Origin: Chloroflexota bacterium | Lineage (GTDB): Bacteria; Chloroflexota; Anaerolineae; Promineifilales; Promineifilaceae | Direction of reading: 5' to 3' | DNA: 64,000 nucleotides | NCBI GenBank assembly: GCA_017993775.1 | Contig: JAGOMA010000005.1 | Coordinates: forward strand, 19,561-83,560 | Shown here: in pieces, positions 1 to 9,462 of the stretch | Layout: every line of letters begins with the position of its first letter | Numbering within the stretch: position 1 is the first letter of the stretch | The notes under the pieces: generated by a model | Database searches by the model: none | What the model saw: only the letters and a program-made list of their open reading frames with translations | What the model was told of the DNA's origin: nothing | Made by a program: the position numbers and the translations under genes

Positions 1-1502
1 AAAAGCAGCACCTCGCGGATAGTCGGCTGGTCGGTTAGCAGCATTGTCAACCGGTCCACGCCGGTGCCAAACCCGCCGTTCGGCGGCATGCCGTAGCGCA
101 TCGCCCGCAGATAGTCTTCGTCAATCGGGTTCAGTTCGTCGTCATCTTGGGCATACATTTCCTGCAAGGCTGCAAAACGGCGCTGCTGCTCCTGCGGGTC
201 GTTCAACTCGGTAAACGCATTGCCCAATTCCATGCCGGCGATGAAATACTCAAAACGCTCTACATGCAGCGGGTCGCCGGGGATGCCTTTGGCCAGCGGC
301 GAAATATCGCGGGGGTATTGGGTGATAAAGGTCGGCTGGATGAGGTTCGGTTCGACAAAATCGCCCAGCAGGCCATCTACCAGTTTGCCCCAACTGGCTC
401 CCGGTGGCGTTTGGGTAGCCACGCCGCGCGATTTGCCCATCTGCTGAATGGCTTTGGCCAATGGCTCGGCTTCCGGGAACTGAACATAATCGATGCCGGT
501 AAATTCCAGAATCGCGTCTCGCATGGAAATGCGGTTCCACGGTGGGGCCAGGCTGATTGTGTGACCCTGGTAGGTGATGGTTGTCGTACCCAGAACATGC
601 TGGGCCACGTAGGCTAGCATGCGCTCGGTGAAATCCATCACGTCGTTGTAATCCCAGTAAGCAGCATAAAACTCGAGCTGGGTAAATTCGGGGTTGTGTT
701 TGAAGCTGACGCCTTCGTTGCGGAAGTCACGGCCGATTTCGTAGACGCGTTCGTAGCCGCCCACCAGGAGCCGTTTGAGGTAAAGTTCAAAGGAGATACG
801 CAGGTAGAGTTCTTGTTTGAGCTGGTTGTGATGGGTGGTAAACGGCCGTGCCGCCGCCCCGCCATACAAAGGCTGCAGAATGGGGGTTTCCACTTCCAAA
901 AAGTCGTGGTCTTCAAAAAAGCGGCGCAGCGCGCTGATGGTTTTGGCGCGGGCGCGGAACACATCGCGCACTTCGGGATTGACCGCGAGGTCAGCGTAAC
1001 GCTGGCGATACCGCTCTTCTACATCGGTGAAAGCGCTGTAGCGCACCAACTCGCCGTCAACCTCTTGCTCTTTGACCACCGGCAGTGGGCTGACGGCTTT
1101 GCTGAGGAGCTTCCAGTCGGAAACGCGCAGGCTTACTTCTCCGGCGCGGGTGCGAAAGAGGACGCCGGTTGCCTGCACAAAATCGCCCAGATCGAGCAGT
1201 TTGCGGAAGATGGCGTGGGATTCTTCGCCTACTTCTTCGCGGCGGATGAAAAGTTGGAAACGGCCGTGTCCATCCACAATATGCGCAAACACCGTCTTGC
1301 CCATATCCCGCATACTCACCAACCGGCCACACACCGTGGCTTTCACTTCTTCCGTTTCGGCGGCGGCGTTAAACGCCTGCATCGCTTCCGTGGTTGTATG
1401 CGTGCGTTCGCTCCGCAGCGGATACGGCTCAATGCCTGCCTCTTCCAATCGCGCCAATTTTTCCAGGCGCTGCTGCTCTAAATGCGTTGGCTGCCAGCTC
1501 AT
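1..1502 (-). CDS. lysS: lysyl-tRNA synthetase (class II), 3-prime end truncated at window edge
   Basis: Reverse-complement translation from ATG at 1502-1500 gives [32 protein letters not shown]... through ...[33 protein letters not shown]. This is the class II motif-3 region typical of LysRS and the OB-fold N-terminus. It has no stop inside the window, so it is absent from the ORF track; the plus-strand ORFs 147-617 and 696-1481 are its shadows. Confidence 0.9.
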   Translation of the reverse strand, partial: [500 protein letters not shown]

Positions 1503-1576
1503 GATGTCCTCTCCTGAATCAACAAAAAGCCCGTGTCGAGCACGGGCTGAAAAATCTATCACTGTCCTAAAAATCG

Positions 1577-2062
1577 CTAGTCGATTTTGACAACCCGAAA
1601 CTCCGTGATGCCTCGCGGAGCCTTGATACGCACAATATCATTCACCTTTGCGCCTAATAGGGCAACGCCTAACGGGCTTTCATTGGAAATGCGGCCTTCC
1701 GTAGGATCGGCCTCGGCGGCGCCAACCAGGTGGTAACGCTCTTCTTCGTCGAAGCCTACTTCCACCACAGTCACCCAATCACCCACGCGCACGTAATCAT
1801 GCGGGCCGTTGTCATCTTTGATCACCTGGTAATTTTTCAGGATTTCTTCAATTTCTTGAATGCGTCCTTCCAGAAATGATTGGGCATTCCGGGCCGCTTC
1901 CAATTCGGCGTTATCGATAAAATCGTCATCAGGGCCGTCGTCAAAAGCGCGCTGCAAACGGTCGGCGACTTCCTCCCGACCAACTGTGACCAATTGTTCG
2001 AGTTCTTTTTGTAATTTTATGAGACCTTCGGCTGTTACCAGGTAAGGTTTTCTCGTCGTCAT
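1577..2062 (-). CDS. greA: transcription elongation factor GreA
   Basis: 161 aa with an N-terminal coiled coil (LIKLQKELEQL...) and a C-terminal FKBP-like domain (YVRVGDWVTVVEVGFDEEERYHLVG). Classic greA-lysS adjacency. Confidence 0.9.
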   Translation of the reverse strand: MTTRKPYLVTAEGLIKLQKELEQLVTVGREEVADRLQRAFDDGPDDDFIDNAELEAARNAQSFLEGRIQEIEEILKNYQVIKDDNGPHDYVRVGDWVTVVEVGFDEEERYHLVGAAEADPTEGRISNESPLGVALLGAKVNDIVRIKAPRGITEFRVVKID

Positions 2063-2300
2063 ATATAACCCCCAATATAAGGGAAAACCGCTGCTGCCAG
2101 CGGCTCGTCGCCAGTAAAATTTGATTTAGGGGCGGAATTATATCAGAATTAGGCGCTTTGTAAAGTGTAAATAACCGCTCGTTTGTTCTACCCCCTGACG
2201 GCCGTATGGCCGGTTGGTGAGAGTTGGTGGAATGGCACGGACGGCCGTCTCAGATCATGTTACACTTTTTGCCGAAAACAACGTTGCAGGAAGGCAATTC

Positions 2301-3620
2301 ATGGGTAAGGCGCTTCAAGTTTTTATATTGGTTTGTTTGTTGGTCGGAATGGCAGCTTGTCGTTCAGCGCCCGACATGGTGGAAACGGCCGTGTCGCCTA
2401 CCTTCACGCCTACTGCCACGCCGCCGCCGCCAACACCAGTCCCAACCCACACCCCCACATCTGTTCCCACGCTAACCCCAACCCCGGAACCAACCCGCTT
2501 TGCGCCGCCGGACATTCATTATTTGCAAGCGGCCGTCACTGCGGCCCTGGCCGATTTCGATGGCCTGAGCAGTTACGTCATTACCGATCTGACGACCGGC
2601 GACCAGATCCGCCATGATCCTGATCTGGTAATTGCCGGCATGAGTCTGATCAAAATCCCGCTGCTGGTGGAGACCTTTCGCGCGTTGAACAATCCGCCCG
2701 ACGTGGAGCAAACCAAGCTGTTGACCCAAACCACGTCGCTTTCCAGCAATTTTGCCGCCAATTTGCTGCTGCGCGATGTGGTTGGCGGCGGCGATATTTT
2801 TGCCGGCGCCGACACGCTAACACAGTCGATGCGCGATCTGGGCCTGTACAACACCTTTATTGCCGTGCCCTATGACATGGAGCCGGGAAACGGCCGTCTC
2901 GCCACCTACCTTACCCCGGCCAACCAGCGCACCGACCTGACCACCCATCCCGACCCCTACCGCCAGACAACGATTGGTGACCTGACGGCCGTTACCCGCA
3001 TGATCTACGACTGCGCCGAACACGACAGCGGCCTGCTGCGCGAGATGTATCCCCACGAACTCACGGCCGTGGAATGTCAGGAAATATTGTCCCTGATGGA
3101 AGAAAACAACCTGGCCCGGCTGCTGGAACGCGGCCTGCCCAATGGCGTGGTCATGGCCCACAAAGTCGGCTGGATCGACGACACGCACGGCAACATCGGC
3201 ATTGTCTTTGGTCCTGAGCGCGACTATCTGGTGGCCCTGGCGCTCTACTCGCCGGGCTGGTTGGAGTGGGAAATCAGCGCGCCGCTGTTTGAAACCGTGT
3301 CGCGGCTGGCGTATGCCCATTTTAATGATCCGGATGCTTACCCGGCCGCGCTGCTGGCTGCGCCGCCAGACATACCCCCCACGCCAACGGCCGTGCCTAC
3401 CCCGGCATATCCGCAAGCCATCGTCTTTGGCACAGCCGGCGTCGGGCTGACCCTGCGCGCCACCCCTGGCGGCGTCGAAGTGGTTGTGTTACCGGAAGGC
3501 GCCGTAGTAAGCCTGCTGGATACCGCGCCGCAACTACAAGATGGCCTCAGATGGCGGCATGTACGCACGCCAGCCGGTGAAGAAGGCTGGGTTGGCGAAG
3601 ACTTTCTAACATTTAATTAG
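2301..3620 (+). CDS. lipoprotein with class A beta-lactamase-like (serine hydrolase) domain and C-terminal SH3b-like domain
   Basis: ATG at 2301 gives MGKALQVFILVCLLVGMAAC (lipobox-like), followed by a Pro/Thr-rich linker. It carries an SxxK motif (AGMSLIK), an SDN-like loop (LSSNFAANLLL) and a KTG-like motif (HKVGWIDD). The C-terminus (GEEGWVGEDFLTFN) is a bacterial SH3-like fold. The ORF track start at 2214 is TTG. Confidence 0.55.
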   Translation: MGKALQVFILVCLLVGMAACRSAPDMVETAVSPTFTPTATPPPPTPVPTHTPTSVPTLTPTPEPTRFAPPDIHYLQAAVTAALADFDGLSSYVITDLTTGDQIRHDPDLVIAGMSLIKIPLLVETFRALNNPPDVEQTKLLTQTTSLSSNFAANLLLRDVVGGGDIFAGADTLTQSMRDLGLYNTFIAVPYDMEPGNGRLATYLTPANQRTDLTTHPDPYRQTTIGDLTAVTRMIYDCAEHDSGLLREMYPHELTAVECQEILSLMEENNLARLLERGLPNGVVMAHKVGWIDDTHGNIGIVFGPERDYLVALALYSPGWLEWEISAPLFETVSRLAYAHFNDPDAYPAALLAAPPDIPPTPTAVPTPAYPQAIVFGTAGVGLTLRATPGGVEVVVLPEGAVVSLLDTAPQLQDGLRWRHVRTPAGEEGWVGEDFLTFN

Positions 3621-3693
3621 GGGCTGGCGGCTGGAGAAAATAGAAAACCAGGCAGAGCGCGCAACGCAAGACGCTCTGCCTGCCATGTTTACG

Positions 3694-4338
3694 CTAATTG
3701 AGCGAGAAAATGCCCTGGTCTTCTTTGGGCATCAGACGCATGTATTTCAGCTCTTGCCGGTAGATTTTTGTCAGTTCGTTGAGTACGCTGGTGGCTTTGT
3801 CGTTTTCCAGAAACGCCTGTTTTTGTTCGGCATCCACCTGTATGGCGGCCGCAGCCAGGAAAATCAGGTCTTCCGGATCCGTCGGCATCTGGTCGGAATC
3901 GAATTCGACGTGTCCGGTATCGGCTAAGATGCGCAGGTATTCGGCCACCAATGGCAGCAGGCGATTGGCCGCCTGCGCCAGCGCCTGTTCCGTTTCAGCA
4001 GCGAATGGGAAGTCTTCCATGGTCCCCATAAGGTAGGCGCGATCGTGATTTAACGAGAGGATGCGGAAACGTTCCGTGCCCACGGTCATGAGCAGGAGAC
4101 GGCCGTCTTCCAAACGTTCTACCTCTACAATCTCCGCCACACAGCCCACTTCATACGGATCGGCTACCGGCCCGCCCTCAGCAACGCCGCTGCGAATGAG
4201 AACCACGCCAAACGGCCGTTTATCATCCAGACAAAACTGGATCATCTCCCGGTACCGTTCTTCAAAAACATGCAGCGGCAGCGGCATCCCCGGAAACAAC
4301 ACGGTATTTAAAGGAAAAAGCGGCAATTCAAACATCAC
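3694..4338 (-). CDS. Lon protease N-terminal (LON substrate-binding) domain protein
   Basis: 214 aa; LPLFPLNTVLFPGMPLPLHVFEERYREMI... is the typical Lon-N / PUA-like domain organisation. Confidence 0.6.
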   Translation of the reverse strand: MMFELPLFPLNTVLFPGMPLPLHVFEERYREMIQFCLDDKRPFGVVLIRSGVAEGGPVADPYEVGCVAEIVEVERLEDGRLLLMTVGTERFRILSLNHDRAYLMGTMEDFPFAAETEQALAQAANRLLPLVAEYLRILADTGHVEFDSDQMPTDPEDLIFLAAAAIQVDAEQKQAFLENDKATSVLNELTKIYRQELKYMRLMPKEDQGIFSLN

Positions 4339-4355
4339 AAAACCCCCTTATCTAC

Positions 4356-4386
4356 CTGATATAAAAACGGGACGAAATTCATCGCC
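4356..4386 (-). terminator. intrinsic terminator downstream of pckA
   Basis: Minus-strand hairpin AAACGGGGCGA-tgaatt-TCGTCCCGTTT followed by a U-run, immediately after the pckA stop. Confidence 0.45.
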
Positions 4387-4438
4387 CCGTTTCATACTAT
4401 ACAATTATCCGAACTTAAAAATCAACCTTACTCACCCA

Positions 4439-6051
4439 TTACTGAGCTTTCGGCGCGGCTGCCTTAACTTCATCCGTCACGCCATCTTCAAATTGCTTGA
4501 AATTGTTGTTAAACATCTCCACCAATTTCTTCGCCTGTACGTCATAAGCCGCCCCATCCGTCCAGGTCGCCCGCGGATTCAACACGTCGTCCGGCACGCC
4601 TTCCACTTTCTTGGGGATTTGCAGGCCAAAGAATGGTTCCGTGGTCGTTTCCACGTTGTCCAATTCGCCATTCAACGCGGCCGTAACCATGCGGCGCGTA
4701 TACCCCAACTTCATACGGCTGCCCACACCGGCCGGGCCACCCGTCCACCCGGTATTCACCAGCCAGACCACAGAATCGTGTTTGTCGATCTTCTCGCCCA
4801 GCAGTTTGGCGTACACACCCGGATGCAAGGGCATAAACGGCGCGCCAAAACAAGCGCTGAAGTTAGGCTGCGGTTCAGTGACGCCGCGTTCCGTGCCGGC
4901 TACCTTGGCAGTATACCCGCTCAAGAAGTGGTACATTGCCTGTTCTTTCGTCAATTTGCTGATGGGAGGGAGCACACCAAACGCATCGGCCGTCAGGAAC
5001 ATCACATTACGCGGATGGTTGCCATACCCTTCGGGGTCAGCATTGTCGATGTGAGTGATCGGGTAGCTGGCGCGTGTGTTTTGTGTGTGTGTGCCATCAT
5101 CCAAATCCACCCGGCGGGTCTCACTATCAAAAATTACGTTCTCTAAAATTGTGCCAAACCGGCGCGTGGTCTGATAAATTTCCGGCTCGCCCTTCGGATC
5201 CAGACGGATTACCTTCGCGTAACAGCCGCCCTCAAAGTTAAAGACGCCGTCATCGCTCCAGCCATGCTCGTCGTCGCCAATCAGGGTACGATTCGGATCG
5301 TTGCTCAACGTGGTTTTGCCCGTGCCGCTCAGGCCAAAGAACAAAGCCGTATCGTCGCGGTCGGCGCCATAGTTGGCGCTGCAATGCATGCTCAACACGC
5401 CTTCTTTGGGCAAATAATAATTCATCGCCGAGAAAATGCTCTTCTTAATTTCACCGGCGTATTCCGTGCCGCCAATCAATACCATGCGCTTGCCAAAATC
5501 AACGAGGATAAAGGTCTGGCTGTTGGTGCCGTCAACGGCCGGGTCGGCCTTAAAGCGCGGCATGTCGATGACCGTGAACTGCGGGACATGATTTTGCAGC
5601 TTTTCCCGATTTGATTCACGAATAAACATATTCCGCGAAAACAAGTTGTGCCAGGCATATTCATTGATGATGCGCACCGGCATCCGATACCGTTCGTCTG
5701 CGCCGGCATAGCCATCAAACACAAAGATGTCGCGGTTCTGAATGTACGCCATCATTTTGCTGTGCAGCGTATCAAATTTTTCTTGCGAAAACGGCCGATT
5801 CACCTTACCCCACCAAATATCATTCTCGCTGGTGGGTTCTTTGACAACAAATTTATCGTTCGGAGAGCGGCCAGTATGGTCGCCTGTGCTTACGACAATC
5901 GGGCCAAGGTGAACAATGTTCCCTTCGCGACGTCGAATGATTTGTTCGTACAGCATGGAAGCTGAAAGGTTCCAATATACTGTACCTGGATTACTAATGC
6001 CGTGATTTTCCACCCCATAGTTGCTTACAAATGGGCCAAAGTTTTGCATGG
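4439..6051 (-). CDS. pckA: phosphoenolpyruvate carboxykinase (ATP)
   Basis: Kinase-1a motif GLSGTGKTTLS and overall ATP-PEPCK similarity. Start chosen at MQNFGPF, which has AGGAGA 6 nt upstream; the ORF track begins 11 codons earlier. Confidence 0.9.
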
Positions 6052-6265
6052 TTTCTCTCCTATTCACAAATAAACGAAACAAACTCTACCTGACAATTAG
6101 TGTACTTGGGCAAGCAAACAAAAACAACTCACAAGCAAACAAAACCGTCACGAATTATTCGTGAAAAATGTCACAAAAGCAATTTGTTGAGAATTCAACG
6201 GGTTGTGACTATGAGACGTTGCCGATAAAATAACTGTTATGCCTGAAATGAACAAGGAGGTAGAT

Positions 6266-6364
6266 ATGGATCCGATTGGTTTGTTAGTGATGGGTGTGTT
6301 TATTATTCTCGTCGCCGTTGCGGCTATTGTTCCCGGATTTCAGCGCAAGAGAGAAGAGCAGTAA
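6266..6364 (+). CDS. small hydrophobic peptide (32 aa), hypothetical
   Basis: Strong RBS AGGAGG 6 nt before ATG. Sequence MDPIGLLVMGVFIILVAVAAIVPGFQRKREEQ is a single TM helix with a basic C-terminus. Below the ORF-track size cutoff. Followed by a strong hairpin terminator. Confidence 0.35.
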   Translation: MDPIGLLVMGVFIILVAVAAIVPGFQRKREEQ

Positions 6365-6380
6365 ACGGAACGTGGCGCAG

Positions 6381-6439
6381 CGTCAGGCGTCAAATGTCAT
6401 CCTGGCGTAATGGCAGCCGCATGACATTTGACGCCTGAC
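6381..6439. terminator. bidirectional hairpin terminator
   Basis: Near-perfect inverted repeat CGTCAGGCGTCAAATGTCAT ... ATGACATTTGACGCCTGAC lying between the small plus-strand ORF and the minus-strand ABC transporter stop. Confidence 0.5.
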
Positions 6440-6445
6440 CATACA

Positions 6446-8410
6446 TCATGACGCTTCGAGCATGATATTTTCGTCGTTGATCTTGGGTTTGAATTGTGTT
6501 TCGTATAAATTCGCATACAGGCCATCTTGCGCCAGCAGCGATTCGTGTGTGCCTTTTTCGACCAACTGCCCCTTCTCCATAACCAGAATGACATCGGCCG
6601 CCAGGATGGTGGAAAGCCGGTGGGCAATGACCAGGCTGGTGCGCCCTTTCATCACCCGCTGCAAGGCTTCTTGAATCAACGCTTCCGATAGCGAGTCGAG
6701 GTGAGATGTAGCTTCGTCTAATACCAGGATGCGCGGGTTTTTGAGGATGACGCGGGCGATAGCAATGCGCTGACGCTCGCCGCCGCTGAGGCGGTAGCCG
6801 CGTTCTCCGACAACGGTGTCGTAGCCGTCGGGCAGGTCGGCGATGAAATCGTGAATGTTGGCGGCTTTGGCGGCGGCAATCATTTGCGCTTCGCTGGCGT
6901 CGGGTTTGGCGTAGAGCAGGTTGGCGCGGATGGTGTCGTAGAACAGGTAGGTTTCTTGGGTGACCATGCCGATGTTGTTGGCCAGGGTGTGCAGGGTGAG
7001 GTCTTTGATGTCGTGGTTGTCGAGGAGGATACGGCCGTTTGTCGGATCATACAAGCGCGGTATGAGATAGGTAATGGTCGTCTTGCCAGCTCCGCTGGGA
7101 CCCACCAGCGCCACCAACTGTCCTGGTTCGATGGTAAAGTCGATGGCTTGCAAGGCCCAACGGTTGAGAACGGGCACGGCCGTTTCCTCATCTTGCGCCT
7201 CGCCATCGCGCTGTTTGCCCCGCTTCAGGTGTACATCACTGCCGCCCCAGCCAAAACGGGCGATCTCTTGCAGTCCCACCTGCCCGCTTTCCTGGTCTAC
7301 GTAGGTAAAGGCGACATCCTGAAATTGCAGACGGCCGTTCACCTGTTCCAGCGCTACCGCCTCCGGCTTCTCCTGAATCTCCACCGGCATATCCAACGCC
7401 TCAAACACCCGCTCGAAACTCACCATGCTTTGCGCAAACTCCACCGGCGCATTGGTCAGGGCCATCAGCGGGCCATAAAGCTGGTTCAGATAGGCGCCAA
7501 ATGCCACAATCGTGCCAATGGTAAAGGCATCCTGCAAAACCAGCAGGCCGCCCACCCAATAAACCACGGCCACGCCCACCGCGCTCACCACGCTGAGCAG
7601 CATAAAAAACCAGCGCCCGATCACCGCCGAACGAATGCCGATATCACGCACTTCGGCCGCGTCGTGGCTAAATCGATCCACCTCACGTCGTTCGCGGCCA
7701 AATAATTTCACCAGCAGCGCCCCGCTGACATTCAGCGTCTCGTTCATGGTGGCGTTCATCTCGGCGTTGTGCTCCATCGACCTGCGGCGCAAATCGCGCA
7801 GCACACGCCCAATGCGCCGCGCCGGCAGCACAAACAGGGGCAAAATGGCCAGCGCCAGCAGCGTCAGCCGCCATTCCAGGGCCAACATAATCGCCAGCGT
7901 GGCTACCAATGAGACAATGTTGGAGATAATGGTCACCAGCGTGTTGCTGATGGCTTGCTGCGCGCCAACCACGTCGTTGTTCAGCCGCGACATCAGCTCG
8001 CCAGTGCGCGTCTGGGTGAAAAAGCGCAGCGACATATGCTGCATGTGTTCGTAGAGCGTGCAGCGCAAGTCAAAAATCACCCCTTCGCCAATTTGCGAAT
8101 TTAAGTTTCGCTGCCACACGCCGATGACGCCGTTTACCAGTGGGATCAAGACCATGCCCAGAGCGACCAGATTTAGCAGGGTGTAGTTTTTTTCAGGCAG
8201 AGCGGTGTCGATGAGGGCGCGCATGAGCAGCGGCGACAGCAGCGACAGACCGGTAATGAGCAAAATTGTAACCAGCAGCAGGACAACCTGACCTTGATAC
8301 GGCCGTGCAAAGTCCCACACCCGCCACAACAAATCCCGCGTAATCGTCGGTCGATCTTGCGCTTCGTCGTGCCGGATATACGCAAACCAACCACCACCAT
8401 GAAAAGCCAT
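6446..8410 (-). CDS. ABC transporter, fused permease/ATP-binding exporter (MsbA-like)
   Basis: Six-TM exporter domain followed by an NBD with Walker A (GPSGAGKTT), ABC signature (LSGGERQRIAIAR) and Walker B (ILVLDEATS). Start chosen at MAFHGG with GGAGGA 5 nt upstream. Confidence 0.85.
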   Translation of the reverse strand: MAFHGGGWFAYIRHDEAQDRPTITRDLLWRVWDFARPYQGQVVLLLVTILLITGLSLLSPLLMRALIDTALPEKNYTLLNLVALGMVLIPLVNGVIGVWQRNLNSQIGEGVIFDLRCTLYEHMQHMSLRFFTQTRTGELMSRLNNDVVGAQQAISNTLVTIISNIVSLVATLAIMLALEWRLTLLALAILPLFVLPARRIGRVLRDLRRRSMEHNAEMNATMNETLNVSGALLVKLFGRERREVDRFSHDAAEVRDIGIRSAVIGRWFFMLLSVVSAVGVAVVYWVGGLLVLQDAFTIGTIVAFGAYLNQLYGPLMALTNAPVEFAQSMVSFERVFEALDMPVEIQEKPEAVALEQVNGRLQFQDVAFTYVDQESGQVGLQEIARFGWGGSDVHLKRGKQRDGEAQDEETAVPVLNRWALQAIDFTIEPGQLVALVGPSGAGKTTITYLIPRLYDPTNGRILLDNHDIKDLTLHTLANNIGMVTQETYLFYDTIRANLLYAKPDASEAQMIAAAKAANIHDFIADLPDGYDTVVGERGYRLSGGERQRIAIARVILKNPRILVLDEATSHLDSLSEALIQEALQRVMKGRTSLVIAHRLSTILAADVILVMEKGQLVEKGTHESLLAQDGLYANLYETQFKPKINDENIMLEAS

Positions 8411-8530
8411 ACCATTCCTCCATTCCATAAGGAAGAGCGCAGATAGTCAGTCTGCGCTCTCCATGTTTTGCTGTGGGCTTAGGATACCACGATTTGGTCG
8501 GCTGCCTGTTAGAAACGTCTTAACATACGC

Positions 8531-9337
8531 TCACTGCATCAACCCGGCCGTCAGCAATCGGTCGTGGACATCGTTGAAAGCGTCCACCTGCGGCTGGGTA
8601 ATTGTGCCAGCGGCTAGCAAATCGTCTAACATTTTTTGTTGATTTTGCCCCATACTGCCAGACGCCGGTGGACCAGCAGCGATTATCCCGTCCATCAAGG
8701 CGTGAATCGTATCAAAAAGATCGGCTTCGTCTTGTGTGATTACGTTTTGCGCGACGGCCTGGGCCAGCATGTCGGCTCGCTGCGCCGCTTCGGAATTGGC
8801 GCTGCCCATGCCCATGCCCATGCCGGCGGGCATCGCCTGGCCGCTGCCGAGGGCGCGCACGTAATTGATAACGTCCCAGCGCGCTGTTTCTTCAAACGCG
8901 GTTTGCCAGGCGGGCATGGCCGAATTGAAGGGATCGTGCGCCCCGCCTTCGCTGATGCGCCAATAGAGGTAATCGTCGCCCAACATCTGGCTGGTGTGGG
9001 CCACGGGCGCAGGCTGCGGGTCCAGGTTGGCGGCGCCGGGGCCATCGCCCATGCCGCTTTCGCCGTGGCAGACCACGCAGTATTTGGTAAAAATTTCCTG
9101 GCCGCGCGCCAGCGATTCGTCGTCGGCGGCGATGGGGCTGGTCAGTCCGGCATATTCTTCGGGGACGGGCGCATTGTGGCGGGCCATCATGCCGCCGCCC
9201 ATGCCCATCATGCCCATGCCTCGGCTCTGGGTGGTTGGGGTGGGCACGGCCGTTTCCGCCCCTTCTCCATTTCCTGCCACCGGCCCACAACCAACCAAAA
9301 TCAGCCAGACAGCAAACAACAATACAATCTGTTTCAT
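8531..9337 (-). CDS. c-type cytochrome lipoprotein with Met-rich (MGMMGMGGGMM / MPAGMGMGMG) motifs
   Basis: Signal/lipobox MKQIVLLFAVWLILVGCG and a single CXXCH (CVVCHG). The Met-Gly repeats resemble the Cu(I)-binding Met motifs of Cop/Pco proteins. It is the last gene of the copper cluster. Confidence 0.7.
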   Translation of the reverse strand: MKQIVLLFAVWLILVGCGPVAGNGEGAETAVPTPTTQSRGMGMMGMGGGMMARHNAPVPEEYAGLTSPIAADDESLARGQEIFTKYCVVCHGESGMGDGPGAANLDPQPAPVAHTSQMLGDDYLYWRISEGGAHDPFNSAMPAWQTAFEETARWDVINYVRALGSGQAMPAGMGMGMGSANSEAAQRADMLAQAVAQNVITQDEADLFDTIHALMDGIIAAGPPASGSMGQNQQKMLDDLLAAGTITQPQVDAFNDVHDRLLTAGLMQ

Positions 9338-9377
9338 TTTCTTCTCCAAAAAGTTTTGTAACGATACAGACCCCAAG

Positions 9378-9436
9378 GGTTTGCTCAGGCGAATTTGAAT
9401 TATTCGGGTATCAAACCCTTGGGGTCTTGCCAGAGA
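9378..9436 (-). terminator. REP-like hairpin (family A) downstream of Prx-like gene
   Basis: GACCCCAAGGGTTTG ... CAAACCCTTGGGGTC inverted repeat with a ~25-nt loop. Confidence 0.4.
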
Positions 9437-9462
9437 AACCTGAACAATGACAAGGTTTTTAC

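Noticed and set aside
147-1590. Plus-strand ORFs 147-617, 220-447, 696-1481 and 1072-1590
   Set aside because: Low-complexity A/R/F-rich translations lying antisense to a clear lysS gene; shadow ORFs typical of high-GC DNA.
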